64,000 nt of DNA from Mytilus edulis (Eukaryota): contig NC_092355.1 of NCBI RefSeq assembly GCF_963676685.1, positions 63,922,001-63,986,000 of the forward strand, given 5' to 3'. A program made the translations under genes and the position numbers. The notes below the pieces were generated by a model that saw nothing but the letters and a program-made list of their open reading frames with translations, was not told the DNA's origin and did no database searches. Shown here piece by piece: positions 40,055-51,874 of this stretch; position 1 is the first letter of the stretch; each line of letters opens with the position of its first letter.

Positions 40055-40851
40055 AATACATATTGTTAACACTTTAATATGCTTTCTTACTTTTTCATAG
40101 ACACATGATCATAACTAATTGAAGACCAGTTTTAATACACTATGGTCTTAATGGAAACACTGTTTTATTTTGTTGATGTTCAAAATAAGGAGACATGGGG
40201 TGCCTGCCAGTAAAACAACTATTCACCAAAGTACAAAATACTTTGATTTAAGCAACTTCTGGTTACCATATACATGTATATGGCCATACACAACGACGGT
40301 TTATTATCTCCGTGATTCGATATTGAAATGATTTAATAAGATTAAAACTTTATTCGATAAGTGTATAATTTTTATAGTAAAAGATTCAATTATTGCTCAT
40401 GAAGTAAAACAATTCACACTAGTGACACAGGAAGACTTTCGATGCTTTTCATGAATCAGATCAATTACAGTTTCTATTATTTTTTGTCAGAACTATTTGG
40501 TTCCCATTTTACACTTCACATCATTTACAAACGTATTCGATATTAACATGATAGACATTGACATAATCCACATCCACAACCATTACAAACTACTCTAAGA
40601 AAAGAAATTGGCAACCGTTTTCCCTACCAAGTTCAACATGATATAAAAACAGGTGCATGATTCTGTTCTGTGTTGTTCAATAATTTCTGGAAGTTTTATT
40701 GATAACTGTTACATGTAGATCATTGAGGTTAATAGTTAAGACCTCCTTTAATTCAATCAAATATATAATTATGTGAAATATATAATCATTTTTTCTTTTA
40801 AAAATAAAATTATATCAATATAACATGAGAACATAACAAATTAAGTTAATA

Positions 40852-43652
40852 TTAGTTAGTAGAACCAAGTTCCTCAAGACACTGAGATAACGACATTGGC
40901 TTGATTCTTTTTAGCAGTTCGATCTGTAAGTCAAGCTTTTTCATTTCCTTTTTCTGCTTTTCAATCTCACCTAAAATACACAACCTGTTCAACAAAACAG
41001 AAATGTTATTGATATGAATTTATCAACAATTGTACATGACTAATTTGTAAAAAAATATTACAAGCTCCTGTACAGCTGAATGAATACAATGCATTTCAAG
41101 AAAATTGATCAGTATAGAAAAATGATATAAATAGATGTAGGATATAGCAACCCAATGAAAATAAATTTCGAAACTTCATTAAGAGAAAAGGGTCAAATAC
41201 TTCAACAATATGTAAAGGAAGGTCGTATTTTGCAATAAAGGTAATCATTGGTAATGGACTTTTTGAATGTTTGCTTGGACGCCATTAAAGAGAACATTAC
41301 TTTGTCTGTGTCGGTTAAAAAGAGTTACAAAAAGGATACTCAGCATTCATGTGTCAACAACAACATCTGACTAATTTGAAAGTTCTCACATGTCATAAAT
41401 GATCTGCTGACCAAATCTGAATTTGTTCGGTTTATTAGGAGGAGCGGACAAACAGGGTGAATGTAAGTTTTCAATCCCAGTGTAACACTCTGTGGGAGTG
41501 CACTAAATTGTATATGTATAGACAGTATATAAATCGGAAAATTGTCCTGAATATGCATGAAACATTTGTTCCTGGATGTTAAGGAAAACATAATTTAACA
41601 ATCAATTTTTAATATTACTACCAGTACATATATTAAAAAAAGAGCTGTACATGTATTGCCAACAAAGTATGGGGGACACATTATACTACCGGACAGAGTT
41701 AACTGTTATAAATTCACCTGAAGCTCATGAACATCTCCTGCTGTTGCTTTTCTCTTCTTTGTGGCTGTAGCAGCTGTAGGGACAGCATTGGAATCATTGT
41801 TGAGCACAGGTCTAGTTGGGTTTACCATAATTGGTACTCCCCGGTTACCAATAAACCCTGAAAGAACTGATGGTGACTGAGGTGAAGGAGGTGTTGGAGG
41901 TTGCAGTGAGGAGGCAGGTTGACATTCAAGAGCTGACTCAAATAAATCATGGGACCCTGTAAAAGCCATTTCAGAATCTTCTGACAATCTAGCCTCAGTT
42001 GCACCAGCTAAAACAAAGACAAAATAGCTCTTAAATGCAATGTCGTAAGCCAATTAATACGCAAAAGTTTTAGTTTCAAAAATTCGATTGGGTTTAAACA
42101 TTTTTAAATTTAGATCACAGATACGTTATTGAGTAGATCCCCATTTTTTTTAGGTGTCGGAAATGTTCTTTCATATTTTCATTTTTTTAAACTTCTTTTT
42201 TTTTATTTATTATATATATTTGATATTTTATCAATTGGTTTGAACAATAGTTATAAGAAGGGACAACACATTTAAAGTGGAATGTAGTTGAGATATTATC
42301 ACGCCATGTCACAGGTTGTATATACATGCTGCAATTTTTTTCGTTAAAACTTTTTATAACCCTCATAATACATAGAGGTAAACATTCATGTTGATTCCCT
42401 TAAAGACATCTTGTAAGAAAGTGTTAATTAGGACAAAGTTAGTATGGTGTTCTTTTTGAAAGTTTAAAATTCTAGCAAGACAGGATATACACTCCTTAGC
42501 TGATCTACGGGCAACACCGCAGTGGCGGATCCAGGGGGTGGTCCCACAGCGCACCGGACCACCCGCATGACAAACCTCAATTTTTTTTTAACGTGTCTAT
42601 TTTTTCAATAACTAGCTAATTAACAAATTAACACTTAAGATTAATCCTTTCATCGCACTAATTGGTTATGGATTACCTGGATACCTGGAGGTGTCACAAT
42701 GATAGAATACGGAACAATGCGTTTCACCTGTATACATGTAATTAAATTGTCAGAACAGCTCGTTAATATGAAGAAGTTGACTTCTTATTTTAAAAGATAA
42801 ATACAAATTACTTTTGTATTTTTAAGTGAAATTTCCATATATGATTGCATTGTCCAACTAACGGAGTCTCGGTTTTCAATTTCATTTATGTACACTTTGA
42901 AAAAACAATCATTATGAATGAATTAAATTAAATTTGTGCATCTATCTCTTAGACCCCCCTTTTTTCCCCTTTTCTCCTTCCTTTTCCTTCCTAAAAACTT
43001 TAAATGTCATGGGCGTAGCTACGTTTACGTCAAAACACCCGGGCGTACACTTGAATTTTGAAAATAAAACAAATAATCGACATAGAATAAGAAAAACTGG
43101 TCTCAAAAGTACATCAGCCTTGTGCTTCTTTTTTCAATGGATTGTAATTTTGAATAAAAAGGGACTAAATTTAATCAAATAGATCATTTAACATATTTGT
43201 TCGAATCTTTTGTAAAAGTCTGAATCTACTATGAATTCTACGTACTTTTCTTACATTTAAAGCAATTCACTATCTGCTCAGGTTCGATATGTTGTTTGTA
43301 TTCGAGCCTGTAATTTATGTCCAAAAAGCGAGACAAAGCGGTGTCAATATTTTAATTAGGTTCCGAATGTGGATATAGTCTTTTGAATGACTCTCCGTGA
43401 AATTTTACGAAAGTTGGACAGAAACTGTTTATGATCAAAAGAGTATTCAGAGCAATATAATAATGCAATTATCTTTAATTTTCCTGCATTTTAAGGACAA
43501 AATGTATTTTTGACAGAAATGACAGCATAATTCTTTTCCACTTCATCTTGGAGTACATTGATTTCCGCTTCCGAGAAATTCGGCTTTCTTTCCTTTGTTT
43601 TTTTTTTTACACTAGACTGGGTACATGCATTATCAGAAGGTAAGTCGGCCAT
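40852..43652 (-). pseudogene. Harbinger Myb/SANT-like DNA-binding protein gene, disrupted
   Basis: From ATG 43652: MADLPSDNACTQSSVKKKTKERKPNFSEAEINVLQDEVEKNYAVI (Myb/SANT-like start), broken at about 43515. Internal exon 42007-41718 is Pro/Ser-rich with KKRK. Terminal exon about 40984-40852 is coiled-coil LGEIEKQKKEMKKLDLQIELLKRIK..*, out of phase with the preceding exon. Confidence 0.75.
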
Positions 43653-44094
43653 ATTTGTTTATGGAGGAAGTTCAGAAAATCTGAATTATGGGTAACTAAA
43701 ATAGCCTCTAAACCATAGTTTTAACGACAGGTTAAGATATGTTAACGGTCACGTTAGCTAACGCTACCGTTAAATCAACTTGAACAACAGCTTTTTTTCC
43801 TTCCGTTAAGTTATAACGCCACGTTAAACTTTTTTAACGAAACGTTAAGGCTAACGCTACCGTTAAGTTAACGACAAGTTGAACAACCAGCCCCAGGTGA
43901 GACGTAAATAACATAATGAACTGAATTGAATTGTCTTTCACTTCAGTGAAAAACTACTTTCTTGTTTTTTGTAAACAATTTGCATTCTTTATCGCATTAC
44001 GTCCTTTGAAAATATTTCCGTTGGAAAACACTTATTGTAAGAAAGTGCTTAAAATATCAAAAAAGGACAATACGTCCAAATGAGTAAAGGTGAA

Positions 44095-44255
44095 CAAAAT
44101 ACATATAGTTCTCGTACCTGAGGGAGATATGACGATTTGTTCTCCCAAGAATATTTATATTTCACGAGAGCTCTGCCCGAGGGAAATATGATTTTTCGAG
44201 AGTGAAAGAATCTTCATATCTCCCGAGGCCAAGTAAAATGAATGTTTTATTCCAC
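44095..44255. repeat. Imperfect ~160-bp palindrome (hairpin-ended element remnant)
   Basis: GGGAGATATGA..TTCTC..ATATTTC.CGA / CGAGGGAAATAT..GAGAGT..TCATATCTCCC arms; GACGTCACGTG nearby at about 44345. Confidence 0.55.
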
Positions 44256-47200
44256 TGCCTAAGCTTTGTGCGTAACGTCGTATGATTTAGTCCTGACATG
44301 TTAGAGGGGAATATGATCATCAGAAGTGAATCTGAAATTTTGGTCGACGTCACGTGTGAAGGTATCATCCAGTCAAATGTTGATTTCACTATCAAAATCA
44401 ACATACCGTAGCATAATATAAAATAACTCTCAAATCCTGAAGAAAGAAAATAACGCTGAGTTTGAATAGAAGATGTAAATCACAGGTGTATTTTTAAGGT
44501 CAGGGATACCAGCAAATATTAGTTTAATAATTGTATACAAGTGTTGAAATGGATCTGTTTTGAAGATTGTTTTAGTCGATTTTTAAGTTGATATAAAAAT
44601 ATCCCTCTTTTTTTTAAATTTTGAACAAAAAACATATCAAACAAAAAACATATTGTAGGATGATTTTTAAATTTCTGAAAAAAACCCAAGATTCAGACAT
44701 CTTATCATGTTAAGGAATTCACTAAAGCATAAGTATAAAACAATGATTACTCCTGTTCTTTATTTTTTACAATTTTATGGTTTTTTAATTGAACTATAAA
44801 AATCTTATTTCTTTTTTTTTTTTACTATTTTTTGGGCTTATACTATTACTTTAAAAATGCTGTTCCTAATGAAATGAAATGAAGAATTAAATCAATCACA
44901 TCCTTAACCTTAACAGAATCATTCCAAAATCTACTTTAAGTATATGTAGTATAAGTAATACATGTATATTCGCGTTTTTTTTCTTAAAATGTCCTGTAAC
45001 AAGTCTTGAAAATGGCCATTGTAGTATTATAGTTCGTTTCTGTGTGCGTAACATTTTAATGTTGTGTTTCTGTTGTGTCGTAGATCTCTTATATTTGAAG
45101 CGTTTCCCTTAGTTTTAGTTTGTAACCCGATTTTTTTTTCTCAATCGATTTATGAATTTCGACCAGCGGTATACTACTGTTGACTTTATTCTTGACCATT
45201 TCAGTGATGATTCTGATATTTAAGCTATCACAGAGAACTTTTATAATAATGCTGTAACATATTTAAACCTATACAATATCTAACAACTGAAAACAACTCG
45301 TTTTAAATGTTCACGCGTTTGATCCGCTTTTCTGAATTAACCTACATATGGAGCGCTCAAAGCCGAATATTTGAAAGTTAAGGATGCATAAAACCGATTC
45401 AGTTGAAGAGCTTTATATCTGAAAAAAACCTACAAAATCCCTGAATATTCATATGACTACCTGGTAAATAAAATTGTCATCCTTTATTACACAGTAACCG
45501 CAATTTATCGAGCTCCATAATATCATGAAGTTGAGTAAAAGTCTATGGAAAATTAAAGTTATCTCTCTTTAAGTTAATGCTGCATTTGCGATTGGAGATA
45601 ACTATGTTTTAAAATGATTAAAACCCCCCCCCCCCCAAAAAAAAACCAGGAAAACAAATGAATTGTATTTACTTTGTGTCGTTCTCCTTAAATACATTTT
45701 CTTCAAAGATTAAACATTGATTTAAATAGTCTAAATAGTTTCAGGTAGTTACTTGATGGCAAAATTTGACACAAGATCTGTGAAATGAGAAAAAAAGATA
45801 TTTCAGGATTGCAATTAAGAAAAATATCAACAAAACACCATATAACTCATCAATTGATAACTATCTATCACCGTAAGGCCTTCAACAATGAATAAGATCC
45901 ATCCATAAGTGCATCGTCAACTGTAAAAGGCCCCGAAAGAACAAATTTAAAACAATTCATCGAGAACACTGGCGGTCTTATGTACATTTGTACAAAATAA
46001 GGAACGAACAGCAACGAACGACAACCACTAAATTACTGCTTCCCGACTTGGAACAGATACGTGGCAGGGTAAAATAAGATCAAAGGCGTAATATCCTCCT
46101 CCATCCTGGAACAGTGATGTAACAGTACAAAATATGAACTAACTATAGAAATTAGTTGAAAAAGGCTTTATGTAGCCGACCATACGAAATGGATTTTTGT
46201 CATTGTTGACGGCCTAATGGTTCATTATAATTGCTTAAATTCACATCATTTTAACTTTGGTGGATAATTGTCTCATGGTCATTCATACCACATCTCTTTT
46301 TTTTTTAAATCTACTAATCAGATGAATGAAAATATAAATGATCCTAAGCAATATTCAATAACATAAGTACTATACTAACTGTTTAAATAAATGTACCAAT
46401 TATCAAGCGAGGTGTTTTGTCTATCGAAAAAAAAGTCATTAGGATCTAACTAAATTGACATTGTTTAATTGCAAGACATATCTTATTATAAACATTTTTA
46501 AATATATTATACAATTATTTGATAAATTGTCATTTAGTTGTAATGAAATCGATACATGGAAATTCAACATATAGAACAAATTGACGTATGCGGGCTTCTG
46601 ACGTGTTAGCTGAAAACACATTATAATCTGCAGAGATATGTTAAGTACTTAAACAAGTACACAAATTTAGAAGCAGAGGCTCAATCGGTACGTTGATCCC
46701 TTGAATTGCACTTTTCACTTTAATATATATAATCATTTGTGATAAAAGTTCAAAAATAAATCAGTAATTTTGAAACCAAACAACCTAAAAGTATACACAG
46801 GCGTTATTGATAAATGGTTTTCAGCTTTTTATAAAAATAATACATTTTTAATTGTGTTTTCTTTATCTTTTATCGTTAATAGACTTCTGGAGTAAAACAA
46901 AGTAATCATGTCGTATTAACTTTCCTTGTAATTCGATAATTCATTGAACAAAGAAAACAAAAAAATTATTAGAATAACTTGAGTAAAAAATTAATGCTAT
47001 AATTTTTTTAAACTTGGGCAGAAATATATATTTTCTCAAACCGACATTTTTTTACACATGATTATAGATTTGTTTATATGAAATTAGGTATTATTTGAAA
47101 CTTAATTGCTTCGAACTACTCCTAACTCTATGTATCCTTTATAATAATAATCTCATTGAAGATGGGGTTATATGTTATTTAACTAGACTTTAATTACAAA

Positions 47201-48299
47201 TAAACATAACAGAAGTCATTCTCCTAAGTAAGAAGTAACAAATATTTTAGATTTGCGTTATTCGTTATGAAATTCCAACTGTCAGACATTCAATAAATTC
47301 TTATAAACTTGAAATAAATTTAATTGTAAATTTACTTTAATGTGAATTAATTTTCAGATCTTAGGAAATCAGTAATTTCTGACAAACTTTAAGTAGAATT
47401 TGCCTTAAATTTCAAGTTTATTTTTCTTAACCTAATTAGAAAGGAATTTATTGAAATTAATAGATAAACTGATCAATTGATAAACGTATGTATTAATGCA
47501 GTGATATGATATATGAAAAAAGTTTCTGAAATAATCAATTCTATGTTAGATATTTGTTCCTACATTATAGGTTGTACTTTGTAAATATAGCTGTTTCACA
47601 CGCCACGCCTCTTTTTGTGGGATGCATACTATTCATATATTTGTTTATTTGCTAACGTACTATTTCACAGATATGATCTCTATTATTTGTCTTTTCTTTT
47701 TTAGCCATGGCGTTGCCAGTTTGTTTTTCGATTTATGAGTTTGACTGTCCCTCTGGTATCTTTCGTCCCTCTTGTATCTCATAATATATACATCGAATGT
47801 GCGCTTGTTACTCTATCTCGTTTTATGCTTTTATGGGTACTGTTTTCTTTTGTATTTGTTGCCAATACATTTTCAGTTTGTTTTCAAATTATGAGTTCAA
47901 ATACCACGTTGGTATCATATTTCTTCATGTCGCTAACGTTATGTATTTTCAATTATTGTTAGTGTACGAAATGTCTAAACATTTCGATGACCACTTGTCA
48001 ACATATCTATTCATTTCAACACAATATCATTAGTTTGTTTTTAAACAGAAAAAAAACCCAAACATTTTGCACTATAAAAGTGTTTCTGATATTTCTACTC
48101 TTATTCAAATACTTCTGATATTTTTATAGACACAAACGGGAATGTTTAAATTATGTCGATGGGAAGAAAAAAAGGCACGATATAAAAAGCCATGTAATGG
48201 CCCATATATGTCAATAATAAACACACCTACAATCGTTATATTAAGATATGAACACATCCTAGTCTTGAAAAGTGGGTATTTTATATATATAACATATCA

Positions 48300-49030
48300 A
48301 AGAAAGGCCGAAGATACCAAAGGGTCATTTATTCTTGTAAGTAAATAATACACTGACAATGATACAGTTAAAAAAGAAAAGACCAACAGACAAACAATAG
48401 TTTCTCATACACCAGATAGAAAACGGAAGACTGTACAACACGGACCATCAAAAGAAATTGGGGTTGATTGCAGGTGCTCTGGAATCTTGAAAATATTGTC
48501 TCCACGAGCGTCATCCTTTGTGTTGTTTATTTTAGTTTTAACAAAAACTTGATCAGATGGTTAGGGAGTCTAAATTAAAATTGATCGAATTTTTTGATAA
48601 CTTTGTCAAAATGAAGTTTTTATCATGCTTTTTTCAAAGATATATTTAAAAGTATGGGTCATCGGACTTTTTTTCGCGCTACAGGTTGTGCAAAATTACA
48701 GCTGCAAATATGATAAAACCTGCAATTTTCTATATTAATATAAAGTTTTTTACATAATTTACAAACAACTCTCAAAATTTTCACATTCATCAAATATCTA
48801 GACCAAAGTTATCTGCTTCTTCAAAATCCAAGATGGAGGAAGACACATGAGCCACCTTAATAAGTTTAATTCGGTAGGTCACATTTGAGGGAATAATGAA
48901 TGAGAGTGTGGTTAAATATAGCTCTTGAAACATATCCACTAACCTCTGTGAAACGGACATTTCATTGCAGTCAATAGGCTCGTGATGGCGTGCGTAAAAA
49001 GTACGAAAGAATGATTTTGAGAGCACCACT
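48300..49030 (-). mobile_element. Degenerate Penelope-like 3' fragment split by an unrelated ~310-bp insertion (about 48545-48855)
   Basis: ORF 48790-49029 begins ...SFFRTFYARHHEPIDCNEMSVSQ, homologous to RKFYGRHHELVDCYGITVSQ of the 5-kb copy; 48300-48530 matches that copy's 3' region. Confidence 0.65.
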
Positions 49031-51874
49031 TGGTATCACAGACCAAACATTTTTATCAAAAAATCAAGAAAAACAAGAAAACATAAGTGTACCATTAAGA
49101 CACAACTAAAGAAAAAAAAGTCACTGTTTCGGACGCAAGAAAACATAGATACACTAATTTTATTCAAATGATTTTATTTGCAAATAACATTTCTATAAAT
49201 CAAGCAGTAACATAAAATATAAAACAAAGTTATTTAAGATAATGTCATTGTTCCTGAACATAGTCTTTTGCAATTCTTAAATCACCATCTTCCGACTAAG
49301 GTTTACATTTAAGGATTTTAACTTTTTTACCTTGAAAGGTGTAGCATATAGGCATTAATTAACTAATCATTGATGTTTTGAAATAACAGATATCTTGAAG
49401 TGAAGGTCAGTTGACAATATGGAAAAAAAGAAGTTGGTAATCATGTTTTTACAAATAAAAAAACCTTTGGTTTGTGTGTGTTTTTTCTGTTCATAGAAAC
49501 TATGAAAAGGACAATGCAGCTCTTTAACATGTGTTTTGAACAAAGAATATGTACGCTTTTCAAAGATATGCCAAAATCTAACATGTCTACCGTTACGGTA
49601 ATTCACAAATATCACCTGAATAAAAAAGTTTTTTTCATATGTTAGTCCAAATCTCAGTTTTTTCATCACCGTCATAAGGAACGCTCAAAATATAAATCTG
49701 ATTTTAATTTGACATTGCAATTATAGAGTACGTTAAGATGAAGTTGTGGTCAATAGAAAATTATCGAACTTCGACGTAAACTCAATGTTGTAAGTCCTAT
49801 ATCAAAACACAAGATCAAAAGTTTAAAAACATCAACAGAATAGATAATAACTGTATAATAATATGTCAAAATTTCAAAAATGTGGTCACAACATTGTGTT
49901 ATAAGCTTAATCACTATAAAAACCCAATAAATATGTTACAAAGTAACATAAATAGACATTTAAAATGGTTCGTGTTGTTTATTCTTTAGTTTTCTATGTT
50001 GTGTAGTGTGTGCTGTTGTTTGTTTGTCTTTTTCATTTTTAGCCATGGCGTTGTCAGTTTGTTTTAGATTTATGAGTTTGACTGTCCTTTTGGTATCTTT
50101 CGTCCCTCTTTTAAAAGAATTCTAATAAAAATGAAAAACAAAAATACAAAAATTTAACATGATAGTGCAATAACACAATAACGGGATGTATAAGCACAGA
50201 TTCACGTCATATATAAATAAGAAACAAAACAAAACAAAAAAGAATATACCCTAAGCAAACATTAAAAGGCTGTGCAGACTCACAAAACGATTTCTTAAAA
50301 AAAAAACATATTACACTGCATGATGGAGTAGAATAAGAAATTCGGGTGCCAAAATGACGTCGGAATTATAATAACTTGTACAATTTGTTTAGTTCAAAAG
50401 ATTACGCTAATTCCTATGGTTTTGAAGAAAAAAATCCATGGCAAATTTAAGAAGGAAACAAACTGTCTTCTTCTAATCTCAGTATAGTGCATAACAAGAT
50501 TTAACATTTTGAGGATAAAGAAATAGGTAGATTGACATATTTTGACTTTATAGACTGACTACCTTTTTTTTAGATTGAATTTAACCATACTTTTATAATT
50601 AACCTGACATATGTTTTTTTGTTAAGGTAATCAACAATTTTTTCCTGTCGTAACCGTGTGTTTAAGTATTTATGCTTCTTTTTTTTCTCGAAAAAATGAA
50701 TTGTTTCATGAAATAAAAAGTCTGTTTGTTAACCGTCTCTTTTTTCTTTAGAATTTGTTTAAAAAAAAATATGTATTCTATATGTGGAAAATATTGTGAA
50801 AATATAAAAGGTGGCAATTGTAACCATTCAAATCTTAATTTCATTGGAATATAATTATATTGTGTCCAGTTTGAAGGTTTTAAAAGTTACTGTACACATG
50901 CATAAACTTACTAACTTAATCTATGTACATACACTAAGAAATTAATCCAATCAAACTGCATAAGATTTAATAGCAATGACCGGTCCACATCATATTAAGT
51001 AAGAGGGGTAAATTCGATAGGGAGAAAATGATAGATATTTTAAATAAAAATAATGCAATAACTGATAAAATATGTCAACCATAAATTTTGCTTTAACTTC
51101 AGAAACTTGCTAATCTGTAATGGTATAGTTTTCGGATCTTTCATTTGCGTTTTTGAATTAATAAAAAGCTAGGGCATCAAAAGTCTAAATAGATCTTCAA
51201 TTTATAAAGATAATTAACCCTTTTAAAACAGTTTCTGTCTCACAAATAACAAGTAATACAAAGTAAACATATTTCTTAGAACACTGCAAAAAACTAAATT
51301 CTGATTTGCTTCTTTTTATTGTCATAAGGTGCGTTTAATTGAACCATGGTATAGCAAACATCGAATATTCTCAATTGTTTTTATCACACACTATAACATT
51401 CAAAACAACAAAAACAAAATATATTTTCCTTCATAAAATACATATGGGCTGCGTCGATTAGGAAACGACATGATGGAAATGAGTATCAAGATATCTATTA
51501 ACCTATCACAAATGTATAACGGGTTGAAAGCATCTCAATAAAAAGTATGTAACTGTTTGAAATAATTGTGAACTATAAAACATACAACACTAATGTGGAG
51601 GGCAACAATTCATCTTTTATTTCGTCTTTTAGATGGTAAAAAATCTTTCAAAGTATTATACATGTCGATGGACACGTGTACTTGTAAAAAATCGATTTCT
51701 TTCCTACGCAGCTCACATGAAATTTATTAAATGTAACATGTGTAAACATTCGTTTTCTGTTTTAATTTAAATAATTTTAAATGTAATTATTTCACATTCG
51801 GCACAACCAGAGTAATATTATCCCCAAAACAACAAAAGAGTTCAATTGATGTACATTTTGCTTTGGTAGCCTCC

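Larger units (their letters stand above)
37719..43893 (+). mobile_element. PIF/Harbinger DNA transposon, full-length two-gene structure, inactivated
   Basis: TIRs GGGCYGGTTGTTCAACTTGTCGTTA at both ends; 3-bp TSD CAG (37716-37718, 43894-43896); convergent transposase (+) and Myb/SANT-like (-) genes. Confidence 0.93.

Noticed and set aside
37935-40100. Functional domesticated HARBI1 gene
   Set aside because: Flanked by TIRs and a TSD, with two frameshifts and a GC donor. Homopolymer sequencing errors cannot be excluded, but the partner Myb gene is also broken.
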